Positions 36,785 to 47,316 of a stretch of 64,000 bases of DNA are shown piece by piece; position 1 is the stretch's first letter, and each line of letters opens with the position of its first letter. This stretch comes from Blastocladiella emersonii ATCC 22665. Taxonomy: Eukaryota > Fungi > Blastocladiomycota. The position numbers and the translations under genes are program-made. The notes under the pieces were generated by a model. The model had not been told where the DNA came from. It saw only the letters and a program-made list of their open reading frames with translations, and made no database searches. The stretch covers positions 1,054,001 to 1,118,000 of the forward strand of contig JANHCV010000003.1 in the NCBI GenBank assembly GCA_025594325.1, written 5' to 3'.

Positions 36785-36965
36785 TGACACGCGCCGCTCA
36801 TGTCGCGTGCCCGCGTGCGAGACGCGTCGCGTGTCTCGCACCCGGGTGGAGACACCCTCTCCCGCGCTCATGAATCAGACAATCCCCGAATCGCGTAAAC
36901 CACTTGATGCAATGACGTCAAATACAATGGAAATCATCACATGAAATGTCCGCAGCAAGCGTAAC
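36785..36965 (+). repeat. Diverged direct repeat, copy 2 (promoter and start of the 36946 gene)
   Basis: See copy 1 at 35271-35455. Confidence 0.85.
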
Positions 36966-39690
36966 CCCGCGCCGCAAGGTCAAGACGGGTCCCGCCGGCG
37001 GCAGCAGCACCAGCAGCCAGGACCGCCTCCGCGATACCTCGACCCCGACGGGTGCCGCCACGACCACGGCCGCGCAGAATGGCTTCGACGCCTCGGCGCT
37101 CGTCACCCGCCCCGGCGATATCGGCCACGTCCGCATGCTCCAGCTGCTGCGGTCGGCGCGCCTGCGCGCCCAGCTCGAGGACGCCTCGCTCAAACCGTCG
37201 CGCTCTTCCGAAATCACCGCCGCCGCCGACGCCAAGGGGTCCGCCGGCAGCCAGCGCGGCGGCGACTCGGGCTCGAGCTCGGGCTCGACGCGGACGGGCG
37301 GTGGCGCAGTCCCGCGGCGGCGAGCGAGCCTGTTCGACCACCTCGTCAAGCAGGACCAGCAGCGCAACGCCGCCGCCGCGCCGACGCGGAGGCAGGCCGC
37401 GGGTAACTCGTCGCGCCCCTCGTCCAACCTCGCCGGCGATGCCGCGCGGCCGCGGACCGGCGGCGACCAGGACGCGCTCGATCCGAACGGCGACGGCGAC
37501 GGCGCGTCGACACGGACCAAGCTGACGCTCGACAACACGCGCGTCCTGATCGCGCCCGTCACGCCGCAGACGCGCGAGGCCGCGCGCCGGCTGGCGACGA
37601 GTTACCGCCCGGTCGCGGGCACGGTGACGCCTGACGGTACGCTGCCGCCGATCGACGGCCGCGTCAAGCCCGCGACGGTGCTACCCGTCGGTGTGCTCGA
37701 CGAGGTCGTGACCAGCAAGACCAAGAAGACGCAGGGCGCGACGGGCCGCACGGCCAAGGAGATTCTCGAGACGGTGATCGTGCTGTGGTCCAACGGCCGC
37801 GTGAAGCCAACAGCCGCGAGTAGCCCGAGTTTGAACGCGGCCGGGGCTGACGCGGGTTCCACCGGCGACGCTTCCGCTGACGGCGAGCCACCAGCGCCTG
37901 CCGTCGTCGAGCCGCCTCCCCCACCCCCGCCGCCTGTGTACTCGCGCCGGACGGGCGCGCTTCCCCCGCGGCTTCCAGGCGGCACGCTACTCCCGCGCTT
38001 CCTCCGCATGAAACCGCCGCTCGCCGTGCAACCGACGACGGGTGATCCGGGACTCGAGACCCCGCGGCACGCGCAGTCGCGCCGCCCGTCGCGCGAGCCG
38101 AGCACCCGCGTTTCGTCGCCGACGCAGCCCCGCGTGCCCGGCCATCGCACCTCGTTGACCGCGGCTGCGGTACCGCGCCGAGAGTCGGCCGCCGTCACGC
38201 CGCCGTCGATCCCGGGGATCAGCATCTTTGTCGATCCCGACACGTCCGACTCGTCGTCAGCGTCGGGCCCTATGATCCTCGTAGACGACGCGGAAGCGCC
38301 GTCGCGACCGCATGTGCCCGCGAGCGCCATCGGACCGGCGCGGCCGCTGCTCGCGCGCGAAAAGTCGGCGACCGCAGCCGCGGCGCTTCGGCGGCAGTCG
38401 ATGGTTCGCCCGCGAACGGCCATGGCGCGACCGTCGCCGCCCAAGGAGCCCGAGTCGGCGGGCGTGGCGGCACCGCCCGAGCTGCGCCTGGCCGCGGAGC
38501 GCGAGGGCCCCGGGCTTTCGCTCATCGTCCCGAACCTGGCGTCGCCCATGTGCAGCATCGGGTCGCAGCTCAACCTGGTCTCGTCGCCGTCCGGCGATGA
38601 CGACGCGGTCCGCGACTTGACATCGACGCCAGGACCATCGTCGCTCGCGACACCCGACTCGGCCGGCCCGCGCGCCCGGTCCTCGTCGTCGCAGCGCTCA
38701 GCAACCCCTTCAACCCCGGGCAGCGGCAAAAAGAGCGCCGGGTCGGGCCGCGTGCGCATCGCGGGCCTTCCCGCGTCCGAGTACCTGATCCTGACGAGCC
38801 GCGCCGTGAACCTGGTCGGCCGCACGTCGTACTACGCGCACCACCGGCGTCGGCGGCGGTTCAAGTACCTCCTGTCGGACCTGGCGACGCCGAAGCGCAA
38901 GGCGGACCTGCGCGCGGTCGCGGACCTGTCGAGCCGGCTCGCCAAGCTCGGGTCGCCCATCGATCCGGACAAGCTCGCGCGCGCGCTCGCGCCGCCCGAC
39001 GACGTGCTCAAGCCGACCATGGAGAAGCGGCGCAAGTCGACCATCTACGACCGCGCGGCCAGCAGCCGCGCGCACGGGCGGCGCGGGTCGAACGGGGCCA
39101 ACGGCGGGACTGCGGCGGGCGACCGGACCGCGGCGCTGCTCCGGTTCCACCCGTCCGACTACTTCCAGACGGCGTTCCACAGCCCGCTCGCGAGCGCGCG
39201 GTACCGGCGCGGGGCGTCGGCGGGCGGCGGGATCTCGAGCACGCCGAGCTCGGCCGGCAGCTACCGGTCCAACGCGTACGCGGGCGTGAAGCCGCGGGTC
39301 GCGGCGTCGTGGACGCACCGCGAGCGGCAGACGCTAAGGCAGCGGCGCAAGATGATGCAGCAGCACGCGCACGAGCGGCGCGAGTCGTCGTTCGCCACGG
39401 CCGTCGCGCGCATCGAGGCCGGGCATAACCCGGACGTGGTGGTCCCCGCGTCGCCCGCGGCCCGCGACCACGCGGACCGGCCGGGCCGCGCGCCGTCGCC
39501 GAAGCGCATCGTGATCGGCGACCAGCGCACCGTGCCGACCCAGACGCGGCACCGGTCCGCCCGCATGGCGCAGCCACTCAAGGTCAACGTCGCGCGGCAC
39601 AGCTACGACGTGGTCGATGTGATCGAGCAGCGCGCCGCGGCGGCGGCCAACTTTTGGTTTCCCGGGACGGTGTTGGATGGGCTGCTTTGA
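36946..39690 (+). CDS. Hypothetical low-complexity Ser/Pro/Arg-rich protein (914 aa)
   Basis: Long ATG-started ORF with typical codon use. No family recognised. Confidence 0.65.
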   Translation: MSAASVTPRRKVKTGPAGGSSTSSQDRLRDTSTPTGAATTTAAQNGFDASALVTRPGDIGHVRMLQLLRSARLRAQLEDASLKPSRSSEITAAADAKGSAGSQRGGDSGSSSGSTRTGGGAVPRRRASLFDHLVKQDQQRNAAAAPTRRQAAGNSSRPSSNLAGDAARPRTGGDQDALDPNGDGDGASTRTKLTLDNTRVLIAPVTPQTREAARRLATSYRPVAGTVTPDGTLPPIDGRVKPATVLPVGVLDEVVTSKTKKTQGATGRTAKEILETVIVLWSNGRVKPTAASSPSLNAAGADAGSTGDASADGEPPAPAVVEPPPPPPPPVYSRRTGALPPRLPGGTLLPRFLRMKPPLAVQPTTGDPGLETPRHAQSRRPSREPSTRVSSPTQPRVPGHRTSLTAAAVPRRESAAVTPPSIPGISIFVDPDTSDSSSASGPMILVDDAEAPSRPHVPASAIGPARPLLAREKSATAAAALRRQSMVRPRTAMARPSPPKEPESAGVAAPPELRLAAEREGPGLSLIVPNLASPMCSIGSQLNLVSSPSGDDDAVRDLTSTPGPSSLATPDSAGPRARSSSSQRSATPSTPGSGKKSAGSGRVRIAGLPASEYLILTSRAVNLVGRTSYYAHHRRRRRFKYLLSDLATPKRKADLRAVADLSSRLAKLGSPIDPDKLARALAPPDDVLKPTMEKRRKSTIYDRAASSRAHGRRGSNGANGGTAAGDRTAALLRFHPSDYFQTAFHSPLASARYRRGASAGGGISSTPSSAGSYRSNAYAGVKPRVAASWTHRERQTLRQRRKMMQQHAHERRESSFATAVARIEAGHNPDVVVPASPAARDHADRPGRAPSPKRIVIGDQRTVPTQTRHRSARMAQPLKVNVARHSYDVVDVIEQRAAAAANFWFPGTVLDGLL

Positions 39691-39794
39691 CAATAAAGAG
39701 TTGTATCGCGCACACTCACACCACCCACACCTGCTGCGGCGGCAATCGGGGAAGCAAGTACACAGCAAACGGGATCACGGCGGGCGCCACAGAA

Positions 39795-40682
39795 TCAGAC
39801 GGCTGGCGCGTCGACAGCCTTGATGATGTCCTTTTCGACGAGCTGCTCGACGGTTGGGCGCTCGCGCAGCGTCTTGGTGAGGCCGTCCTCGATCTGGTGC
39901 CGCTTGAGGCTTTCCTGCGCGGCGTGCAGCGATGGGGCGACGTTGGGGTCTATTTGGGAGAGTGTGAGCGCGGGCAACCGGGAGGGAAGTGGCGAGGGTA
40001 CGCGTACCGTGGAGAATGTTGTGCTCGACGAGCGCCGTGACTGGCGCGCGCTTCTCGATCTTGCTGTTGAGCAGGTCCTCGAGCTTCTTCTTCTTGAGCT
40101 CCTCCTGCGCGGCCTGCAGCCGCGGCGACACCTTGTCGTCTGTTCACGGAGGGCGTCAGTCTCAAGCACGACTGACGGGATCGCGAGGACCGAGGGCGAG
40201 CGTACCCTTGAGAATGTTGCGGCTGATCAGCTCCTCCTTGGTCGGGCGGTGCGCGATCATGTCGCTCAGGTCGTCCATGCCACCGTAGCGCCTGTCAGGG
40301 TCGGGCGACGGTGAGCTTCGGTCGACGGCCACGGTCGCATCACGGCGGAAGCGTACTGCAGCTTGGACTTGGCGGAGAGCGGGACGGGCTCGGCGTCCTC
40401 ATCGTCCTCCTCCTCGTCGTCGGGAATGTCGCGGCCCGACAGCGGGCCGGGCGGGAGCTCGTCGAGCAGGCCGGCTACAGGCGATTTCCGTGGCGTTAGC
40501 GTCCATCGAGAGCGACACCCGCGGCGGACCACGTACGCTTGGACGCCTCGATGTACGACGCGGGGCGCGGGCGCTCGCCGCCGACGGTCGAGGAACGGAC
40601 TACGCGGCGGTGGGTTTCGAGAGTGAGCGCTCGATTCCATTCATCCTGCCGCTGCGCAGAGAGAGCACCGACCGCGGCTCAT
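39795..40682 (-). CDS. Small RPEL-repeat (G-actin-binding) protein, multi-exon
   Basis: Three RPEL-like units: LSDMIAHRPTKEELISRNIL, LNSKIEKRAPVTALVEHNIL, LTKTLRERPTVEQLVEKDII. Short exons with canonical junctions. Confidence 0.8.
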
Positions 40683-41415
40683 GGTGGTGGTGGTGTTGCG
40701 TTGATGCGTGTGCGAGTAGCCGTGGATTCGGCTTGCGAGTGGTGGACTCGAGCGGCCTCCTGGAACTCAACACCGGGTCTACTTTGACTGCCCTCGCCCG
40801 AGCGGCGGCGCGTCGCATCCCGGGCAGGTCGGGCGACCCGAACAAGCGCGCGTGCGAGACGCGTCGCGTTTCGCCGCGTGCGCTGCTGCGAGCGTCACGC
40901 GACCGAGTGTCTCGCATCGAGATCGTCCCGTAGCGCCAGGGATTTGCTCCTCTCACCATCTCACCCACCATGGATCAACCCTTGGAACTCTATGCAATGC
41001 AATCAGAAGTTGATATAGAGGCACTGCCGCCAGTCTCGGCCAACTCGGACTGGACCCCCGTGCAGCTCGACGCACTGAGGGGCCTCCACGAAGCGTATGC
41101 AGCTCCCCGCCGCCGTGTGACCTGGTAAGTTCTTGAGCCCTGACGCATTCCCCGTACCCGGGTATTCATGCGCGTCCGTGAACCAGATGCCGCGGCGAAT
41201 TCGGCTCCATCGCCGGCCACATGGCGCCGTACAAGTCCAAGGATGAGGTGCGTGCCCCGCATCTTCCGTCTCCACTTCATGTCTGACCGCATCCTCGTTA
41301 TCAGGTGAGAGAAAAGCTTCTTGAACTCGGACTCGATGTCACAGTCGCTGTAACTGTCCGGCGGGGCAAAGTCATGCGCTACGCCTCGGCCCTCGCCTTC
41401 ACAGATAACTACCCG

Positions 41416-42331
41416 ATGCAAGTGTTCCCCTCCACGCTCGAGTCCTTCTCGCTAGGTTCGCAATTTTCGCGCTGTGTGACGCGAAGCCGACTCTTGACCT
41501 CGCCTCACCGTCTAGCGCGGCTCCGCGCCGCCGTCGAGTCCCTGCGGACGGCCACCAACCCGACGTCCAACGCACATCTCGAGTCGCTCCTCCGCGCGCG
41601 GATCTCGGCCATGGTCGTTGACCATCCGGGTACGATCGCCCACCTGACGCGGCGTAGCGTTCGTTTGACTCACATCGTGGAGTAGAGTACGCGCCGGTGC
41701 TCGACCTCTTCATCCTCGCCGCAGGCTCGCCACAGGAAGACGTCGACGCCGCGTACCAGGCGCTCGCGCCCGAAGGTCCGCCTCTCCCACCCGCCCCTCG
41801 CCTCGAATCGCCGCGCTCACTCACCCTTTCCGCCCTCCCTCCCATTCGCTAGCCCGCGCCCAGCTCGAGCAAATCATCACCCTGCTCACCTCCACCGCCG
41901 ACTCGCCCGCGACACACGACACGCGCGTCAAGATCCAGCAGTTCCTGCAGCGCCGGCACATGATCACCCTGCCCGACGCCATGCGCCGCGCCGTCGACAC
42001 GGGCAACTCCGAGTCGTACCTGGTCGTGCACCCGAACCGCGCACCCAACAACGTCACCCTGAGCAACCCGCTCGGCATCGGGATCCCCGACCAGGCCAAG
42101 TTCGACGGCGCCCTCCTGACCGTGCTCGCGCGAGACGATGTCGCGGAGCCGCCGCTCCCGGCCCTGCCGCAGGCTTCGAGCGCCGTGGCTAAGCGGAAAG
42201 CGGCGGTCGCGGCCGGCAGCGCGCCCGCGCCTAAGAGGAGGCGAACGGGGGCGAGGGGGTCCGCGGCCGCGTCGGCCGCATCCGCCGCTCCGGCGCCAGG
42301 AACTACGACGGCCGCTGCGCCAGGGCAATGA
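41416..42331 (+). CDS. Hypothetical protein, multi-exon
   Basis: ATG at 41416; an intron at 41456-41515 joins in frame; further GTAC..AG introns follow; the last exon is ORF 41960-42331. No family recognised. Confidence 0.5.
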
Positions 42332-42369
42332 GACATGATTCAAGACTGTACATTTCCTTTTTGGTTGAT

Positions 42370-45300
42370 TCACACGCCCCTCCACCGCACCCGCTTGCGG
42401 ACACGCGGCTCGTCCTCCTCCTCCTCGTCGTCGTCGCTGCTGCTCACGACCACCTTGCGCTTCCGCGTCGCGCCTCGCGGCCGCGGCCGCCGCGGCTGGG
42501 CGACGACTTCCTGTGAGTCGCTCTCGTCGTCGCTGCTCCTGTCCTCGTCGGTAAAGAACCGCTCGTACCCGGGAAGCCACACGTCAGCGTCGCTCCGGCG
42601 GATCGGACGCCGGTTGGCCGGGATACGGATGACGGGCCGCCGCCGCGGCCGCGGCCGTTCCCGCGCAGGTTCCGGCGGCGGCGGCGCGTCGGGCGACGGG
42701 AACGGCGGGGACGGGTCCACGACCTGCACCTGCTGCTGCTGCTGTGACGGGAACAGGAGGCGCTGGGACTGCTGCACGATGACGGGCGTGGGCGGGATCA
42801 CGTCGGGCACCTCAAACGAGCTGTCGAGCTGCTCGTGCTCGGGGTCGGGCTCCGGCTCGTCCGCGCTGCTGCTGCTGTCCGGGATGAGCGCGAACTTGTT
42901 GTTGATTTTCCGAGAAGAACCGCTCGTACCCGTACCCGGGGAGCCACACGTCAGCGCCGCTCCGCCGGATCGGGCGCCGGCTGAGCGGGACGCCTTTAGC
43001 AGCTCCATGGGGAGAGTCCCGGGGTCTGGCGCGCACCGGGGCGGGGGTGGGGCGCGCGGGCGCGTGGTCACGGAGATCACCTCGACGTCGTCGTCGGGCG
43101 GCGAGGAGGTGGGCGAGTCGGGTTCAGGTTCGGGCGCGGGTGGAGTGGGCTCGGGCGCGTGCGCAGGCGGCGAAGGTGAGGGTGGCGCGGTTGGCGGTGC
43201 GAGCGGGCCGGGGGATCGAGGCGGAGGTGACGGGGAGAGCCGCGGCGGCGATGGCGCAGGCGGTGGCGACCGTTGCACGTCACCGCGCGGCTCCGCGTCG
43301 TCGTCGACTATCTGCGCGGGCGGCACGACCTGGAGCGGCAGCGCCGGCGGCGACGGCGGCGGCGGCGGGTCCTCGGCAAAGATGGCGCCGTTCCAGCTGA
43401 ACCCGGTGACGGGCAGGATCCGCTCCTCGTCGTCGTCCTCCTCCTCGTCCTGCGACATGAGATCGTCGTCGTCGACCGACGACTGCGTTTCCGCGCACGC
43501 AACGGGTGGCGAGGGCGGCGGCGGCGACGAAGTCGGGACGGGCGTCGGCGCGGGCTCGGGCTCGGGCTCGAGCGCGGAGTGCACGGCGGCGGGCTGCGAG
43601 GGCTGCGAGTCGCGAGTTGGCAGCGCGAGCGAGATGGCGGGCACGCTGCCGTCCTCGTCCGACGAGTCGCCCAGATCGCCGAGCTGAGACGCGGGAAGCA
43701 GGCCGTTGGCGCGGTCGACGACGAGCTGGGTGCTGCACGGCAGGTGGAACGCGGGCGCGGAAGGACTGACGGCGGAGCGAGGAGGCACGGGGCTCGCAAG
43801 CGGGAGCATCGAGATGACGCGGCGCGGTGACGCGAAGGTACCCCTCGCGGGGGTTGGCGGTCCAGGACCGACCAGTGTGATGCTCGAGGAAGAAGCAGTT
43901 GACGAGGACGACGACGAGGAAACCTGCGTCGGCTCGATGGTCGGCGGGATCAGCGTCGGGTCCTGGCTCGCCGCCGCCGCGATGACGGGCGGGCTCGGGT
44001 CCACGACAACGTGCGCGGTCGCGACAATGACTGTCGACGAGAGCGGCACGACGATCGGCGTCGGCGGCAGCGACTTGGGCGCGGAGTCCCACCCCGCCGT
44101 CGCGTCGGGCGAGGTCGGCGAGGCGGGCCACGAGTACGAGTACGACATGTCGGGGACGGGCTGGCCGTACCCGCCGGTGAGCGGGAAGTGGTCGAGGTCG
44201 TCCTCGGTGACGTAGCCGTCGGTCGAGTAGGACGCGTCAAAGTCGTCGAGGTTGATGAGCTGCGAGACGAGGTGCTGTGAGATGGGACCCTCGTCGTTCT
44301 CGGGCTGTGACTGCGACTGCGACTGCGACTGCGACTGCGACTGCGACTGCGAGGGGAAGCGCACGGGGAACTGCGAGAGAAACTGTTGCGACTCCTCGAG
44401 GTCGGAGCCGCTCGGGACGTCGACGAGATCGGTTGGCGGCGGGTGCTGCTGCTCGGACAGGGCGGCGGGTGGAGCAGCACGGTCGTCGTGGTCGGGCGGC
44501 GGCGACCGCTCTTGCGACGGATTCGACGACTCCTGGGAGACGGTCGCAGACGAGCTGGTCGGCGGAGCGAACACGGACGAGCCGAGCGACGGGAACTGCT
44601 CAAACTTGGGGATGCCGTCACGATCATCCGGTGCATGTTCCGAGCGAGGCGGCGACGGCGGGGTCGGACGCGACAGGTCGAGGATCGGGTCCATGGACGA
44701 GGCGGCGATCGGGTCCGAGAAGGGTACGGGATCAGCACGCGGTGAAGCCCGTTCCGGTGATGGCGGTAGACCGAGCTGCGCCAACGGCATCGGCGGCGGC
44801 GCATGGCCAGGCGGCGGCCACGGAACGTCATCAAGAAGCGCTTGTTGTGAACCCGAAATGTCCCAGTCGAGCGGCAAAGCAAAGTCCGTGGGGAGACTGT
44901 GGTGCGAGCCCTGCGAGAGCACCGGCAGCTGGGTCTGGGTGAAGAGGGCGCTCATGGACGCGGAGCCCATGCCGTCCACCTCGTCGTCGTGGAGAAGACG
45001 GTCGTACAGCTCGCGGCACGCAGCCAGGGTGTTGCGCAGGTCGCCGAGGTCCTGGACGAACTGCAGCCGGTGGGTGCGGCTCGTGACATTGTGCCCGCCG
45101 GCGTGGCGCGTGAAGCGTTCGATGCGCAGGCGCACGGACATCGCGGCCGGGTCCGTGCCCGCGGTCGGCGGCGGGAAGAGCTCGAAGGCAAAGGCGCCGA
45201 CGGTCAGGTAGCCGTGCTCCATGTCGGGGAGGTTGACCTGCGAGTCTCTACACGCGAAACACTGCGTTAGCAGCGATCCGGATGGAAACGACGGGTGGAG

Positions 45301-45699
45301 AAGGCGCACTCTGCAGCGGCGAGCTCGAGCGCGCGGGGCGAGAAGTGGGCGGCGATGCGGGTCAGGCCGTCCGAGAGGAAGAAGGTGCACTCCGAGTCAA
45401 GCGGGTGGTCGGGCCATCTTTCAAACTACGATGACGCCAGTTGTGAGCACATGAACAGGGGGACTTAGCCCCCCTGACAGGAAGCTCGTTGAGGCCGACA
45501 AGAGAGCGAGTGAACGCACGTTGAGCAGCTGGGCCGGGTGCGCGTTCGCGGTGCCGCCGGCGGGCACGGGCGGCTGGGCATAGATGAGGCGGGCCTGGCC
45601 GTGCGCTAGGCGGCAAAGGGTCGGCGGAGGCTCGCCGTGGGCGCGGCGGCGCAGCTCGTGCGCGAGCCACGACCGCGAGAGGTCGAGGAAGGCGGACAT
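42370..45699 (-). CDS. TPP1/Tpz1/Est3-like OB-fold telomere protein with long disordered tail
   Basis: Spliced N-terminus reads SWLAHEL...AQLLNFERWPD...TFFLSDGLTRIAAHFSPRALE...GYLTVGAFAFE...VRLRIERF. This fits the TPP1 OB pattern (W-I/L, Q-L-L, LSDG-x2-I-x-A-x-F). Confidence 0.6.
44311..44352. repeat. (CTGCGA)7 hexanucleotide repeat encoding an SQ repeat
   Basis: Read directly from the sequence. Confidence 0.95.
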
Positions 45700-46020
45700 C
45701 GCGGCGGCGTGTCGCGCTCAACTGGGTGCATCCATGGGCGTCAGTAGTGCATTGCATCGAGCGCAGAGGACATTCATCGTCACCAGAAGCGAGGAGAGCG
45801 GGGGTGTTGGTCGATGACCGATGAGTCGGGCAGTGAGTCGGCGGTCACGGCTCTTGGTCGCTCGCGCCTCCGCGCCTCGGCTCGGCCCTTCCGAAGCTGA
45901 CGTGCTCGGCCCGCGCGATCTTCCCCTCCCCATCGCAGTTTCAACGATGCAGCCGTGGAACAGGTCTGATAACGCTTAGGGCGCGCGCTACGCCGGAGCC
46001 ACGCCGTCCCTGGGCGCGGG

Positions 46021-46026
46021 TATAAA
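46021..46026 (+). promoter_or_regulatory. Candidate TATA box of the HIS5 gene
   Basis: TATAAA in a GC-rich intergenic region, about 80 bp upstream of ATG 46100. Confidence 0.5.
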
Positions 46027-46099
46027 GCCCCAGCGGCCCGTCCCGTCGTCCAGGTCCTCGCTCTCCTAGAACCCTCCCGCACACGCAACGCACTACACC

Positions 46100-47278
46100 A
46101 TGTCGCCAACGACCTTCTCGCTGCAGGCGCTCATCCGGCCCAACATCTGGCGGCTCAAGCCGTACCGGTGTGCGCGCGACGACTACTCGGAGGGCGTGCT
46201 GCTCGACGCCAACGAGAACGCCATGGGCCCCGCCGTCCCTTCCACCGACTCGCCCGCGGGCCTGTCCGACGACCTGCTCGCGCGGTACCCGGACCCGTAC
46301 CAGCGCGACCTCAAGTCGCGGCTCGCCGCCTGGCGCGGCCTGCCCGACTCGGACCACGTCTTCCTGGGGGTCGGCAGCGACGAGGTGATCGACCTCGTCA
46401 TGCGCGTGTGCTGCACCCCCGCAACCGACAAGATCCTCATCTGCCCGCCCACCTACGGCATGTACACGGTGTCGGCCGACATCAACGACGTGGGCGTCGT
46501 CCGCGTGCCGCTGCTCGGCGCCGACCGCGATTTCGCCGTGGACGTCGACGCGGTGCTCGCCGCCCTGCAAGCCGACCCGAGCATCAAGGTCGTGTTCCTG
46601 TGCTCGCCGGGCAACCCGACGGGGTCGTACCTGCGCGAGGCTGACGTGCGCCGCGTCCTCGACTTCGAGGGGTGGAGCGGCCTGGTCGTCGTCGACGAGG
46701 CGTACATCGACTTTGTCCGCCCCGCCCCCGCGGGCGAGCCCGCCAAGCGGTCGGCCGCGGCGCTGGTCCCGGTGTACCCGAACCTGCTCGTCTCGCAGAC
46801 CTTCAGCAAGTCGTTCGGCATGGCGGGCGTGCGCCTCGGCGTCGCGTACGCGCAGCCCGACCTGATCGCGGTGCTGTCCAAGACCAAGGCCCCCTACAAC
46901 ATCAGCAACCCGACGGCCCTGCTCGGCCTCGCCGCCATGTCGCCCGCGGGGCTGAGCCGGTTCGCCGACCACCTCGCCGCGCTCAACGAGCAGCGCGACC
47001 GCCTCCTGCGCGAGCTGCCGTCGCTCCCGCGCGCCGGCCGGATTCTCGGCACGTCCGACGCCAACTTTGTGCTGGTCGAGGTCCTCGACGACAAGGGAAA
47101 CCCGTGCAACGCGACGGCCAAGGCGCTCTACTCGACGCTCGCCGAGACCCACAAGGTCGTGGTGCGGTTCCGCGGCGCCGAGCCCGGGTGCACCGGCGCC
47201 CTGCGCGTCACGGTCGGCACGCCCGCCGAAATGGACACGTTCCTTGCCAAGTGGCGCCTCTATTTCGAGAGTGTATGA
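46100..47278 (+). CDS. HIS5: Histidinol-phosphate aminotransferase
   Basis: LLDANEN, RYPDP, GVGSDEVID, PPTYGMY, CSPGNPTG, VVDEAYIDF, and the PLP-lysine motif QTFSKSFGMAGVRLG. Confidence 0.96.
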   Translation: MSPTTFSLQALIRPNIWRLKPYRCARDDYSEGVLLDANENAMGPAVPSTDSPAGLSDDLLARYPDPYQRDLKSRLAAWRGLPDSDHVFLGVGSDEVIDLVMRVCCTPATDKILICPPTYGMYTVSADINDVGVVRVPLLGADRDFAVDVDAVLAALQADPSIKVVFLCSPGNPTGSYLREADVRRVLDFEGWSGLVVVDEAYIDFVRPAPAGEPAKRSAAALVPVYPNLLVSQTFSKSFGMAGVRLGVAYAQPDLIAVLSKTKAPYNISNPTALLGLAAMSPAGLSRFADHLAALNEQRDRLLRELPSLPRAGRILGTSDANFVLVEVLDDKGNPCNATAKALYSTLAETHKVVVRFRGAEPGCTGALRVTVGTPAEMDTFLAKWRLYFESV

Positions 47279-47316
47279 AGCAGTCGTAGATAGTATATAT
47301 CGCTTGTATTGCACCC

